The translations under genes and the position numbers were made by a program. A stretch of 33,850 nt of DNA from Gammaproteobacteria bacterium. GTDB lineage: Bacteria > Pseudomonadota > Gammaproteobacteria > BMS3Bbin11. The notes below the pieces were generated by a model. It saw only the letters and a program-made list of their open reading frames with translations. It was not told the DNA's origin and made no database searches. The DNA lies in the NCBI GenBank assembly GCA_033791885.1, contig JASJFV010000183.1, forward strand, positions 1-33,850, read 5' to 3'. This document shows, piece after piece, positions 19,269 through 30,000 of the stretch. How positions within the stretch are numbered: the stretch's first letter is position 1; each line of letters starts with the position of its first letter.

Positions 19269-20090
19269 CTAGTGTGACATCAGAACTGGGATGATCATTG
19301 ACGAGAGTATGGATTGGGTAACGCCGCCGAATATTTTTTGTCGAATACTGGGGGTGCCGTAACCGCCCATGATCAGAATATCAATATCGTTATCAGCTAT
19401 CTGATTCAGTATAGTGGTTTGTATATCGAAGGTACCCGGCTCAAGGTATCTTGCTTTTGCATTAATTTCGTGTCTTTCCAGGTGTTCTATTAGTTCTTCA
19501 ATGAGGACGTCTTCCGGGGTTGCCTTTTTGCTGGCAATAACCAGTATGGTAACTTCTTTTGATTTGGACAGAATCGGCATCGCATCGTGTAACGCCCGTG
19601 TGCCTGCAGGTGATCCATCCCAGGCGACCATGGCATTTTTACAGGGTATTCTGTGGGCGCCGATATAGGGCATAAAGAATATGGGGCGGCCACAGTGCAG
19701 CAAGACGTCTTCGGCGAATTCCATCAGACGGGAATAGTTTTCCCTGTCTGGGTTGGGTTGTCTTAACATGACCAGATCATAATTTCTGGCGTATTGTGCC
19801 ATCTTGCGTGCGCCTGCGGCCAGCTTGCCCGGAATGACAATCGTATTAACTGTCAGCCCTTCTTTTTTGCCAGCCTCGATGAATTCCTCTGCGAGTTGAT
19901 GTGCAAACTGCTTGGCAATGACAGCGTAAGCGTCCTCATCCTTAACCCTGAGATGTTCTGGCTTTATTGCTTCAAGAGATACACCTGTTAGTTTTGCACC
20001 ATGGGCTTTTGCCATATAAAAGGCGGCCTGTATGCGAACCGGGTTGCTTTTGCCATCATCAAGAAATACCAGTATGTCCTTGTAGTTCAT
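19269..20090 (-). CDS. Universal stress protein (tandem USP domains)
   Basis: YKDILVFLD, VAWDGSPAGTRALHDA, LIMGGYG, FGGVTQSIL, PVLMSH. Confidence 0.92.
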   Translation of the reverse strand: MNYKDILVFLDDGKSNPVRIQAAFYMAKAHGAKLTGVSLEAIKPEHLRVKDEDAYAVIAKQFAHQLAEEFIEAGKKEGLTVNTIVIPGKLAAGARKMAQYARNYDLVMLRQPNPDRENYSRLMEFAEDVLLHCGRPIFFMPYIGAHRIPCKNAMVAWDGSPAGTRALHDAMPILSKSKEVTILVIASKKATPEDVLIEELIEHLERHEINAKARYLEPGTFDIQTTILNQIADNDIDILIMGGYGTPSIRQKIFGGVTQSILSSMIIPVLMSH

Positions 20091-20177
20091 ATTTGTTCCA
20101 GTTAGATATTGTTGCGTTCAATTGTCCAGGGTAGTCTGACTGTTTTGGATGCACTGCAATAAGGTATAAAAACAGTA

Positions 20178-21005
20178 TTAATGCGACATCAGTACGGGTG
20201 TAAGCATTGTTGACAGTAAAGAGCGTGTTACGCCACCGAATATTTTCTGTTTCAGGGTTGGTGTCCCGTAGCCACCCATTATCAACATATCAATGTCATT
20301 ATGTGAAATCGTATTGAGAATTGTTGCTGCCACACCGGATGTACCGGGTGAAACGTATTCAATATGAGAGGATATACCGTGTCTTTGCAAGTGAGCTGAC
20401 AACGTCTCTGCCTGTACATCGCTTTTGCTTTCCAGCTGCTTCTTGCTTTGTACTATAAGAATGGTGACATCCTCGGTTTGTTCCAGCATTGGAAGGGCGT
20501 CATGTATGGCACGTGCTGCAGCGGGCGTGCCATCCCATGAAATGAGTGCCTTTTTACATGGGATCTTGTTGGCACCAATATACGGTATAAAGAAAATAGG
20601 GCGACCACTGTATAGCATCACTTCTTCTGCAAATCCCAGCATACGCAAATAGTTCTTGCTATCAGGGTTTGGTTGACCCAGTACGATCAGATCTGAGTTC
20701 CGTCCATAGTGTGCCATTTTGTTGGCACTGGTCTCGGAGTTTCCTTCGATAATAATTGACTCAAAATCAATTTCTGCAGTGCTGGCCCTTGCAGAAAATT
20801 CTGCAGCGAGGCTTTCTGCCATTTGCCTGGATTTCAGGGCAGTAAACTTGTCATCATCCGAATTCAGCTTTTCTGGCCGTAATGTTTGCAGAGCAGCTCC
20901 AGTCAGTCGGGCACCATGTGATTTGGCCAGGTAAATAGCCATATCTACACGCTCGTTATGGCTTTTGCCATCATCAAGAAATACCAGTATGTCCTTGTAG
21001 CTCAT
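20178..21005 (-). CDS. Universal stress protein, paralogue of the neighbour; start placed at ATG 21005
   Basis: Same motifs; ATG 21005 aligns with the paralogue start and has AGGA upstream. Confidence 0.92.
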   Translation of the reverse strand: MSYKDILVFLDDGKSHNERVDMAIYLAKSHGARLTGAALQTLRPEKLNSDDDKFTALKSRQMAESLAAEFSARASTAEIDFESIIIEGNSETSANKMAHYGRNSDLIVLGQPNPDSKNYLRMLGFAEEVMLYSGRPIFFIPYIGANKIPCKKALISWDGTPAAARAIHDALPMLEQTEDVTILIVQSKKQLESKSDVQAETLSAHLQRHGISSHIEYVSPGTSGVAATILNTISHNDIDMLIMGGYGTPTLKQKIFGGVTRSLLSTMLTPVLMSH

Positions 21006-21055
21006 AACTGTTCCTGTCAAATGATATGAGAGCAGATGTCTAATACATTGGTGTG

Positions 21056-21841
21056 CTAGATCGCCAGGTATTCTTCGCGCAGTTCATTATTATCAAGTAC
21101 TTCCTGGGCGGTGCCATCAAATACCACTTTACCCATATCGAGAATTACAGCACGGTCGGACAACTTCAGTGCAGCCACGGCATTTTGTTCAACGATGATT
21201 GTGGTCATGCCGAGTTCACGAATACTTTCCAGAATACGCTCAATCTCCTGCACGATCACCGGTGCAAGGCCTTCATAAGGTTCGTCAAGCAGCAGCAGTT
21301 TGATGTCACGAGCCAGGGCTCGCGCAACGGCTAGCATCTGTTGTTCGCCACCTGATAGGGTCACTGCTTCCTGTGCACGACGTTCCGCTAGCCGCGGGAA
21401 GTGTTCATAAATACGCTCCTTGGACCAGCCAATGGGTGGTGCAATCTGCGCCAGATCAAGGCTCTCTTCAACTGTCAGACCGGCAATGATGCGGCGATCT
21501 TCCGGTACCAGCGCAATACCATTCTGCGCTGCCTGATAGGATTTCATATTATGTATCGCCTGGTGATCGAGCCAGATTTCCCCATGCTGCATTTCCGGCG
21601 AATCCGTGCGCGCGATAGATCGCAGGGTCGAGGTTTTGCCGGCACCGTTACGGCCAAGCAGTGCCAGGATCTCGCCCTCGCGAATATCGAAGTTGACACC
21701 CTGTACGATATAGCTTTCTCCGTAGTAGGAGTGCATATCCCAGCAGGAAAAGTATGCGTGCGTGCCGCCCACATTTTTTACGGGAGCTGATGCCGGCGCC
21801 TTGAAATTACCGATATCGCCGATGATTTCATGTTCACTCAT
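21056..21841 (-). CDS. HAAT-family ABC transporter ATPase (LivF-like)
   Basis: GRNGAGKT, LSGGEQQM, LLLLDEP, VEQN. Confidence 0.93.
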   Translation of the reverse strand: MSEHEIIGDIGNFKAPASAPVKNVGGTHAYFSCWDMHSYYGESYIVQGVNFDIREGEILALLGRNGAGKTSTLRSIARTDSPEMQHGEIWLDHQAIHNMKSYQAAQNGIALVPEDRRIIAGLTVEESLDLAQIAPPIGWSKERIYEHFPRLAERRAQEAVTLSGGEQQMLAVARALARDIKLLLLDEPYEGLAPVIVQEIERILESIRELGMTTIIVEQNAVAALKLSDRAVILDMGKVVFDGTAQEVLDNNELREEYLAI

Positions 21842-22605
21842 AATTCTGTAGTTCCCAGGTAAGCTTCACGGACTTTAGCATGGCCTTTAATTTCATCAGG
21901 CTTGCCCTCTGCTATGATGGTACCCTGTGCCAGTACACTGATGTGATCAGCAAGGCTGAATACCACGTGCATGTCATGTTCAATGATAATTTTAGTCATA
22001 CCGCCTTCCTTGATTTGTTTCAGTAGCTCAATGGTGCGGTTGGTATCATGACGTGCCATACCAGCAGTGGGCTCATCCAGTAACAATAGTGTAGGGTGCT
22101 GGATCAGGCACATAGCCATTTCAAGCCGGCGCTTATCACCACGTGACAGACTGCCCGCACGTATGTCGCAGCTATCTGCCAGTCCCAGGTCGTCAAGGTA
22201 ATGCATGGCTTCACCTTTCAACTGTGTCTCGTTTCTCAGCCACTTGAACACATCAAATTTAAAGGCACCGTCACGCGTGGCAAAGGCCGGAATCATGACG
22301 TTATGCAACAGGGATAATTCCGGAAAAATTTCCGGGGTCTGGAACACACGCGATACACCCAGCTGATTAATGCCATGGGGTGTCATGCCATCAGTCAGAT
22401 CCTGACCGGCAAACATGATAGAGCCACTGTCGGGTACCAGTTTTGCAATAATTGTATTGAGCAGCGTGGATTTGCCGGCGCCGTTGGGACCGATAATCGC
22501 ATGTGTGGTGCCTTCCTTGACCTTGAGATTAATATTGGAAAGCGCCTTCAGGCCGCCAAAGCTTTTGTTGACGCCTGATATCTCGAGTACGTAGTTATCT
22601 TGCAT
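21838..22605 (-). CDS. HAAT-family ABC transporter ATPase (LivG-like)
   Basis: FGGLKAL, GPNGAGKS, LLDEPTAGM, IEHDM, VREAYLG. Confidence 0.93.
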   Translation of the reverse strand: MQDNYVLEISGVNKSFGGLKALSNINLKVKEGTTHAIIGPNGAGKSTLLNTIIAKLVPDSGSIMFAGQDLTDGMTPHGINQLGVSRVFQTPEIFPELSLLHNVMIPAFATRDGAFKFDVFKWLRNETQLKGEAMHYLDDLGLADSCDIRAGSLSRGDKRRLEMAMCLIQHPTLLLLDEPTAGMARHDTNRTIELLKQIKEGGMTKIIIEHDMHVVFSLADHISVLAQGTIIAEGKPDEIKGHAKVREAYLGTTEL

Positions 22606-22608
22606 ATC

Positions 22609-23721
22609 TTACTCCCGCATCCGCTTGACCCAGGCCGTCAGGCGGCTGATGGCCTCCATGATGCCACCGGGCATGAAGATGATCACGATCACAAACAACA
22701 CGCCCAGCGTCATATGCCAACCATCTCCTACAAATGGACTGACTATGGTTATCACGATATTTTCCAGCCACTCGGGCAGAAAGCTAAAGGTTGCCTGCAG
22801 GCTCGATTCATTAATCGCCGAGAAGATGTTTTCAAAATACTTGATTACAACAGCGCCAATCAGTGGACCTATCAAGGTGCCAACCCCGCCGAGGATGGTC
22901 ATTAGCACCACTTCACCGGAAGCGGTCCATTGCATACGTTCGGCACCGGCCAGCGGGTCAACAATAACCATGAGTGCACCTGCCAGTCCGGCGTACATAC
23001 CGGAGATGACAAAGGCAGTCAGCAGGTAAGGACGTGGGTTGTAACCCGTATACTCCATCCGTGTCTGGTTGGACTTGATTGCTACCAGTTTCATGCCAAA
23101 AGGAGAACGAAAAACCCGCATGGCCAGGTAAAAACCCAGGATCAGCATGATCGCGCAGAAATAATATCCACTATAGCCGGTCATCTCAATGCCGAAGAAG
23201 CTACCAACCGGTGATCCTTCGATCTGCACACCAAATGCATTGTCCAGTACACGTGGGTCATCACGCAAAACACGCAAGCCAGTCTCGCCGTTGGTAATCG
23301 GTGTCAGGACCGAGTAGGCCAGGTTATACCCCATCTGTGCAAAAGCCAGTGTGAGAATGGCGAAATAGATCCCGGTTCTTCGCAAGCTGACATAACCGAT
23401 GGCTGCGGCAAAAATACCGGATAGCAGTATGGCAAATATAACTGCGGGTACCGGATTCATGCTCAATAGCTTGAATGACCAGGCCGCAGTATAGGAACCG
23501 ACACCGAGAAAGACCGCATGGCCAAATGACAGATAACCGGTCAGGCCAAACAGGATGTTATAACCGATGGCAAACAGGCCAAAGATGGCAAATTTCTGTA
23601 ACAGGTCGGGATATCCCGCACCGATAAGTTTTCCCCATAGCGGTGCAGTCAATACGACGATGATAAATATAATCAGGCCCAGACTGTCTTTACGCTTCGA
23701 TGAGGGATTAATGGAATCCAT
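22609..23721 (-). CDS. HAAT-family ABC transporter permease (LivM-like)
   Basis: [32 protein letters not shown]. Confidence 0.92.
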   Translation of the reverse strand: MDSINPSSKRKDSLGLIIFIIVVLTAPLWGKLIGAGYPDLLQKFAIFGLFAIGYNILFGLTGYLSFGHAVFLGVGSYTAAWSFKLLSMNPVPAVIFAILLSGIFAAAIGYVSLRRTGIYFAILTLAFAQMGYNLAYSVLTPITNGETGLRVLRDDPRVLDNAFGVQIEGSPVGSFFGIEMTGYSGYYFCAIMLILGFYLAMRVFRSPFGMKLVAIKSNQTRMEYTGYNPRPYLLTAFVISGMYAGLAGALMVIVDPLAGAERMQWTASGEVVLMTILGGVGTLIGPLIGAVVIKYFENIFSAINESSLQATFSFLPEWLENIVITIVSPFVGDGWHMTLGVLFVIVIIFMPGGIMEAISRLTAWVKRMRE

Positions 23722-23733
23722 TCATACTCTCCT

Positions 23734-24735
23734 TTAATCCTTACCCATCAAGCCGCGAGGCCTGACAAGTAAAACTATAACAGCGACCAGGTAGATAATA
23801 ATCTGGTCGATTCCAGGGATGATTGATTTGACTTCGTTCATGGAGGCGAAAGACTGCAGGATGCCTAACAAGAAGCCGGCAGCAACGGCACCACCCAATG
23901 AGCCCATGCCGCCAACAACGACCACTACGAATGACAGCACGAGGAAATCCATACCCATGTGATAATCGGGCGGCAGGATAGGCGTGTACATAGCGCCCGC
24001 AAGACCCGCCACTACTGCAGCGACGCCAAAAACAATGGTAAATGCTCGTTCCACATTAATACCGAGCAGGCCGACGGTTTCCCGGTCATGCATGCCGGCC
24101 CGCACGACCATACCGAAAGTCGTATATTTCAGGAAGGCGAAAACAGAACCAATAATTGTGACTGAAAATAACAGGTAGATAAGTCGCCACCAGGGATAAA
24201 CCAGGTTCTCGCCAAGTCCAAGGGCGGCACCGATACTTGCACTACCGGAAACGATATCCGGTGCGGGGGTGGGGATCGGGTTGGCGCCAAAATTGGCCTT
24301 GATGATCTCCTGGATAATGATCGCCAGGCCAAAAGTTACCAGAATCTGGTCGGCATCACCGCGTTTGTAAAAATATTGTATCAGGCCACGTTCCATGATC
24401 AGACCAATCAATAACATGACCGGTATGGCGACCAGGATAGAAATGGGTACGGCATAGTCAATTATCATGGAGCCTGTATCACCCCACCAGATCTCGAGGT
24501 AGGGGGTTTCTTTATAGGCGTCAAAGAAGGTGATGCCTTCGTCTTTCACCTTGCTGGAAATAGTCAGTATTTTATGTACCGTTACCGATACAAAGGCACC
24601 GAGCATGAACAGGGCGCCGTGTGCAAAGTTAACAACGCCTAGCGTGCCGAATACCAGCGTCAGGCCCAGAGCGATCAGTGCATAGGCAGCGCCTTTGTCC
24701 AGGCCATTGAGAAGTTGTATAAGTATGGAATCCAT
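23734..24735 (-). CDS. HAAT-family ABC transporter permease (LivH-like)
   Basis: YALIALGLTLVFG...VNFAHG, FVVVVVGGMGS, RPRGL. Confidence 0.92.
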   Translation of the reverse strand: MDSILIQLLNGLDKGAAYALIALGLTLVFGTLGVVNFAHGALFMLGAFVSVTVHKILTISSKVKDEGITFFDAYKETPYLEIWWGDTGSMIIDYAVPISILVAIPVMLLIGLIMERGLIQYFYKRGDADQILVTFGLAIIIQEIIKANFGANPIPTPAPDIVSGSASIGAALGLGENLVYPWWRLIYLLFSVTIIGSVFAFLKYTTFGMVVRAGMHDRETVGLLGINVERAFTIVFGVAAVVAGLAGAMYTPILPPDYHMGMDFLVLSFVVVVVGGMGSLGGAVAAGFLLGILQSFASMNEVKSIIPGIDQIIIYLVAVIVLLVRPRGLMGKD

Positions 24736-24774
24736 AGTCTTTACGCTTTTTCTTTTGTTAGGGATTGAGAATAC

Positions 24775-24794
24775 CGGCCGCCTTGCGGCGGCCG
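24775..24794. promoter_or_regulatory. GC-rich hairpin between the binding-protein and permease genes (possible mRNA stabiliser)
   Basis: CGGCCGCC-TTGC-GGCGGCCG perfect 8-bp stem. Confidence 0.55.
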
Positions 24795-24809
24795 ATAGTC
24801 ACACACTAA

Positions 24810-26156
24810 CTATGATGCCTTACAGGAGCCCAGCTCGCCGCCCAGCATTGAGGCAGGATACTCAACCTGTTTACGTGGTACTTGCTGTACAACCTCGAGC
24901 AGGTCGAACTGAGAAGACGGATTCTGGTTGCCGCGCACCACCAGTACGTCTTTAAAGCACTGATGGTCGTCAGCACGATATTCGGTCGGGCCGTTGCCCG
25001 CACCATCGAATATGTGACCTTCAAGTTCTGCAATTACAGCACATGGGTCGAACGTACCCGCACGTTGACATGCATCTGCATACAGCATAGTCTGAACGTA
25101 GCAGGTGTGCGCAGCCTGTGATGGCGGGAAGCCGTACTCGGCACCGAAAGACTTAACGAATGCCTGAGAACCTGCATCCTGCAGTGACCAGTTCCAGTTG
25201 GTAGAACCAAAGATGCCCTTGATGTTCTCACCGGCACCCTGTGCCATCAGACGAGAGAACAGTGGCACCACGATCTGGAAGTCCTTACCGTTAACCTGCT
25301 TGTCACGCAGACCAAACTGCACGGCCTGGGTCAGGGAGTTAACCATATCCTTACCATAGTGGTTCAGAACCAGTACGTCGGCACCGGAGTTCAATACCGG
25401 CGTGATGTACTGAGAGAAGTCACCGGCACCCAGTGGGGTACGTACCGCTGCCTTGGTTTTCCAGCCCAGTGCTTCGGTGTACTTCTTGATGGAACCTTCC
25501 TGTGACCAGCCCCAGGTGTAGTCAGCGGTCAGGTGGTAAGCAGTACGGTCTTTACCGAATTCTTTTTCCAGTACCGGACCCAGTGCAGCACCTGACATCT
25601 CGGTGTTGAAGAAGTGACGGAAACCATACTTACGTTTGTCCTTACCCGTGGTGTCGTTTGAGTGGGTCAGACCAGCCATGAAGACGACACCGGCTTCCTG
25701 ACACAGGGATTGCACTGCAATTGCCACACCGGAAGATGAGCCACCAGTGATCATCAGGGCACCATCCTTTTCTATCATACGCTTGGCTGAAGAACGCGCC
25801 GCATCTGATTTGGTCTGGGTATCACCTGTTACATAGGCGACTTTCTTGCCGTTGACACCGTCACCTTTCAGGGAAAGCGGCTTGATGGTGTTCATCATAC
25901 CGCCATCGCCTTCACCATTGATGTGTTTAACCGCCAGTTTATATGCGCGTAATTCGTCCGCGCCCTCGTCGGCATATGCGCCTGTCTGGGGTACGTTGAA
26001 ACCTAAAGTTACAGTCTTGCCTTTGGGAGCATTAACGTAAGCGTGCGCATTGTTGATAAAAAACATAGGCGCGCTGGTTGCTACTGCACCGGCAACTGAA
26101 GCCTTCAGGAAACCACGACGAGACAATGTGCCGAATTTTTTGATATCGTCAGTCAT
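24810..26156 (-). CDS. HAAT-family ABC substrate-binding protein with Tat signal
   Basis: SRRGFLK twin-arginine motif; PQTGAYADEG, GGSSSGVAIAV, ADYTWGW, DFSQY. Confidence 0.92.
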   Translation of the reverse strand: MTDDIKKFGTLSRRGFLKASVAGAVATSAPMFFINNAHAYVNAPKGKTVTLGFNVPQTGAYADEGADELRAYKLAVKHINGEGDGGMMNTIKPLSLKGDGVNGKKVAYVTGDTQTKSDAARSSAKRMIEKDGALMITGGSSSGVAIAVQSLCQEAGVVFMAGLTHSNDTTGKDKRKYGFRHFFNTEMSGAALGPVLEKEFGKDRTAYHLTADYTWGWSQEGSIKKYTEALGWKTKAAVRTPLGAGDFSQYITPVLNSGADVLVLNHYGKDMVNSLTQAVQFGLRDKQVNGKDFQIVVPLFSRLMAQGAGENIKGIFGSTNWNWSLQDAGSQAFVKSFGAEYGFPPSQAAHTCYVQTMLYADACQRAGTFDPCAVIAELEGHIFDGAGNGPTEYRADDHQCFKDVLVVRGNQNPSSQFDLLEVVQQVPRKQVEYPASMLGGELGSCKAS

Positions 26157-26293
26157 TACCTTATTCTCTCCTTTGATATTAAATTATTTCCGGGAAGAGA
26201 ATAGTTACAAACTCCCCCAGCTTATGGTCAAAGTGCCCGGAAAACAGACGCTATGACGTTAGCCGACTATGACTATGTTAAAATAGGTTAACA

Positions 26294-26311
26294 ATTAGAC
26301 TTTGGTCTAAT
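26294..26311. promoter_or_regulatory. Putative CrbR/ErdR operator
   Basis: Perfect palindrome ATTAGAC-TTTG-GTCTAAT (GAC-N4-GTC core) between the divergent ABC operon and response regulator. Confidence 0.7.
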
Positions 26312-26436
26312 ATGATGAGGCAGACGATGTAGAATAGTCTGCAACTAACGGTTAAATCGCTCATAAGTCGTTGATATTATTCGGCACTTATCAACGATTT
26401 TATCCGCACGTATTTCATGGAGATATTGAACTTATT

Positions 26437-27075
26437 ATGGCTGTTCAGGTTCTGGTTGCCGATGATCACCCCTTGTTCCGTGAGGCCATTGTACATTTAC
26501 TAAAAAGGACGATAGCCGAGGTTGTCATCTACGAAGCCAGTAGCCTGGCAGAATCCAAAGACATGCTTTCCGAACACCGAGGGGTTAGTCTACTACTGCT
26601 TGACCTGAAACTGAGCGATACCAATGGTATTGATGGCCTGTTGTATCTGAAAAAAACCTATCCTTCCTTACCTGTTGTTGTGATATCCGCCTATGACAGC
26701 CAGTCAGTTATTCAGGATTCTCTTCGTTATGGAGCCAGTGGTTTTATACCAAAGCACCTGGGCATGGACGATATAGCTGAAGCGATTAATAGTGTGCTGG
26801 TAGGTGATGTCTGGTTTCCCGGCCTGGACGATATGCAGGATAGCGGGACTCAGGGAGCAGCGGACCATGCGGATTTTTCCGAACTCACGGCAACACAGAT
26901 AAAGGTGTTGTCACTATTGCGCGACGGCAAGCCGAGCAAGGAAATGGCTGACATCCTTTTGGTGACAGAGGCAACAGTCAAGGCGCACCTGACAGAAATC
27001 TATCGCAAGCTGAATGTCCGTAACCGCACGCAGGCGGTGGTACTGGCTAAAGGACTGGAACTCCCCGAGGCTTAA
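26437..27075 (+). CDS. crbR: NarL/LuxR-family response regulator, CrbR/ErdR-like; start placed at ATG 26437
   Basis: VADDHPLFREA, LLLLDL, GASGFIPK, VTEATVKAHL...NRTQAV; adjacent to an SLC5-fused kinase. Confidence 0.8.
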   Translation: MAVQVLVADDHPLFREAIVHLLKRTIAEVVIYEASSLAESKDMLSEHRGVSLLLLDLKLSDTNGIDGLLYLKKTYPSLPVVVISAYDSQSVIQDSLRYGASGFIPKHLGMDDIAEAINSVLVGDVWFPGLDDMQDSGTQGAADHADFSELTATQIKVLSLLRDGKPSKEMADILLVTEATVKAHLTEIYRKLNVRNRTQAVVLAKGLELPEA

Positions 27076-27094
27076 GCGACGGATTCAGGTTGAA

Positions 27095-30000
27095 TCAGGG
27101 GCCGGCCTCGGCGGCGAGCTTACGGTCGATAAATGCGGCCTGTAGTGTGGCACGCAGTTTGGCGGGTTCAACGGGCTTTGCCAGATATTTAAAGCCGAGT
27201 AACAATGTATCTTCCTCCAGCTGGTGGTCCTGTTCGGCGGTCACAATGACGCCAAGAAAACTGTCGTGTTTGCGTTGGTAGTTTTTTAGCAAATCCAGGC
27301 CCTTGTGGCCATCGTTTAGCTGGTAATCCATCAGCACAACATCAAAATCCTGCTCATCTTCCGCCAGCTCATCAAACAGGTTTGCATCCTGCAGGCAGGT
27401 GACATGGGCACCCCACCTTTCCAGTACGGTCCGCGTGGCATTAAGGATTTCCCGGTCATCATCAACGCACAGTATCTGAATGCCTTCCAGCCATCGTTTC
27501 TGAAAGTTCTGATAGTCATAGGTATCGGCCTTGACGGCCTTTGCCTTGCATCTGGGTACAGTGATGCTAAAACAGCTGCCGATCCCAGGGGCGGACCTCA
27601 TGTTGATTTCATGTCCCAGTAAACCCGCCATGCGCTCGCATATCGCGAGTCCCAGGCCGGCGCCTTCACTGCTTTCCTTTAGTTGCTGGAATTCCTGAAA
27701 GATAGCGGCTGCGTGCTCATCAGGTATGCCGATACCGGAATCGCGTACCTCGATGCGAATATTACCCCCCTCGCGACGACCCACAACCATTACTGATCCC
27801 TTGTTTGTATAACGAACGGCGTTGGATACAAAATTCTGTAGCACACTTCGCAAAAGGGTAATGTCGCTTCTGGTGCCCATTGATGAGGGCACCACACGTA
27901 AGCGAATATTTTTTTCAGTGGCGAGAACACTGAACTCGTTATCGATAGCAGTAAAGATTTGCTGTAATGGAAAACGTGAGATATCCGGCTTCATACTGCC
28001 AGAGTCGAGTCTTGAGATATCGAGCAGGGCCTTCAACAGAGACTCTGCTGTTGTTAGTGCAGACAACGCGTTTCTGGCCAGGCTTTCCTTGTCAGAATCA
28101 CCTTCCACGGCAAGATCTTCCCGTAGTGCGCTCATATATAGTTTTGACGCGCTCAGTGGCTGCGTGAGGTCATGGCTGGCAGCCGCAAGGAAATGTGTTT
28201 TACTTTTGGTGGCGTCTTCAGCACGCTGTTTGGCCTCCTGAAGTTCGAGGTTTACCATGGAAAGCATTTCAGTTCTTTCATCGACTTTACGTTCAAGGTT
28301 CAGGTTGGTGGCTTCCAGTTCACGTTCAGCCTGCTTAAGCTCGGTAATATCGGTAAATGTGGTGATAAAGCCACCGTCCGGCATTCTTGCGCCCCGGGTT
28401 TGAATAACACGGCCATCATGCCAGTGGCGGACAAAGCTATAGGGTTGTCCATGTCGCAGGTAATTCATACGTTTATGAATTTCATTTTCATGCTGTGACC
28501 TGGGTATGCTGGACATGCTGCCCAGTCCACGTTCTGCGTTATAACGGATGACATCCTCGATAGGCTTGCCCGGCTGCAGGAAGTTATCAGGGAAATCAAA
28601 CAGCTCAACATAGGTACGGTTCCAGGCCGTAAGGCACAGGTGTTGATCTACAACACTGACACCCTGGTTGATGTTATCAATCGCTGTCTGAAGAATTTCA
28701 CGGTTAAATTGTATTGCCTCGCCCGTGGTGCCAAGTAGATGAAAAAGTTCATCTTCACTTTCGATGTCTGATGCAGCGGTCCTGATGAGATGTTCTGCGG
28801 TTGCGCCACCGATGCTGCTGGTTAACAGGTGTTCGGCCTGCTTGATAATTTCCTGGTCTGCGAGTTTTTCCGAACTTACGTCGACGTCATACCCGTGTTC
28901 AAGGAAGAAGCGACGCGTGCGGTCTTCTCCGGTAAACCGGCTACATAACTCGAACAGGTCCTGTATACGAAAGCTGATTTTAGTTCTATGTGGCTGTGCC
29001 GGAGGCTTGTCAGACTGCTCTACATAGGCACTGGCCTGTAGCTTGTCGGTAAAGTTTGCTTCTGCACGCAACGACATAAAAATATAAAAGCTGATGTTGA
29101 ATAACAGGCTCCAGAATACGCCATGGGTTAAATAGTCATCAAAGCCGATGCCGAACAATGCCTGTGGGCTCAGCCATGCAATGCCAATAAATCCGCCGGC
29201 CAGAAAATCATCCGGCAGGAAGGGGGCGCTGGACAGCGATGGTAGTAATAATGTGTATAACCAAATGATGAAACCGGCAGTCATGCCCCAGAAAGTGCCA
29301 TTGCGGTGTGCTTTCTTCCAGTACAGACCGCCGATAATGGCAGGCATGAACTGTACGGCGGCAGCGAACGACAGCAGGCCGATGCTATACAGTGGCCTGT
29401 TGCTGGCGGCGATCTGGTAATAGCCGTAGGCCAGTATCATCAATATCAGGATCGTCGTTCTGCGGATCAGTAGTAGTGTCTTGGAAAAATCCTGTCCGTG
29501 TTCGGTTTTTATATAACGCAGGATGAGTGGAAAAATCAGGTCATTGGATACCATGGTGCTGAGTGCGATTGCAGCGACGATAACCATGCCGGTGGCTGCC
29601 GAGAAACCGCCGATATAACTGACAACCGCAAGAAAGGTATTGCCATCGGTCATTGGCAGTGACAGTACAAACAGGTCGGCATTTTCACGACTTTCCAGAA
29701 TCTGGATGCCCGCAGCTACAATCGGTATCACGGCAATACTGAATATCAGCAGGTAAACAGGGAAGCCCCATCGCGCGGTATTGATTTCATCACCCTTTCC
29801 CTCTACTGCCATGACATGAAACTGGCGTGGCAGGCAGATAATTGCGGTGGCTGCCAGCAATGTTCGGGTAATAAAGGCGGTAGATAGTTCCCAGTCGCGA
29901 AACGGTGAAAACATAATTGTCAGGGGATCCGGTGCGCTGTCACTATTCAGGCTGATGTCGAAAATCATAACAACGGCCAGTGACGCGATGATACAGAAGG

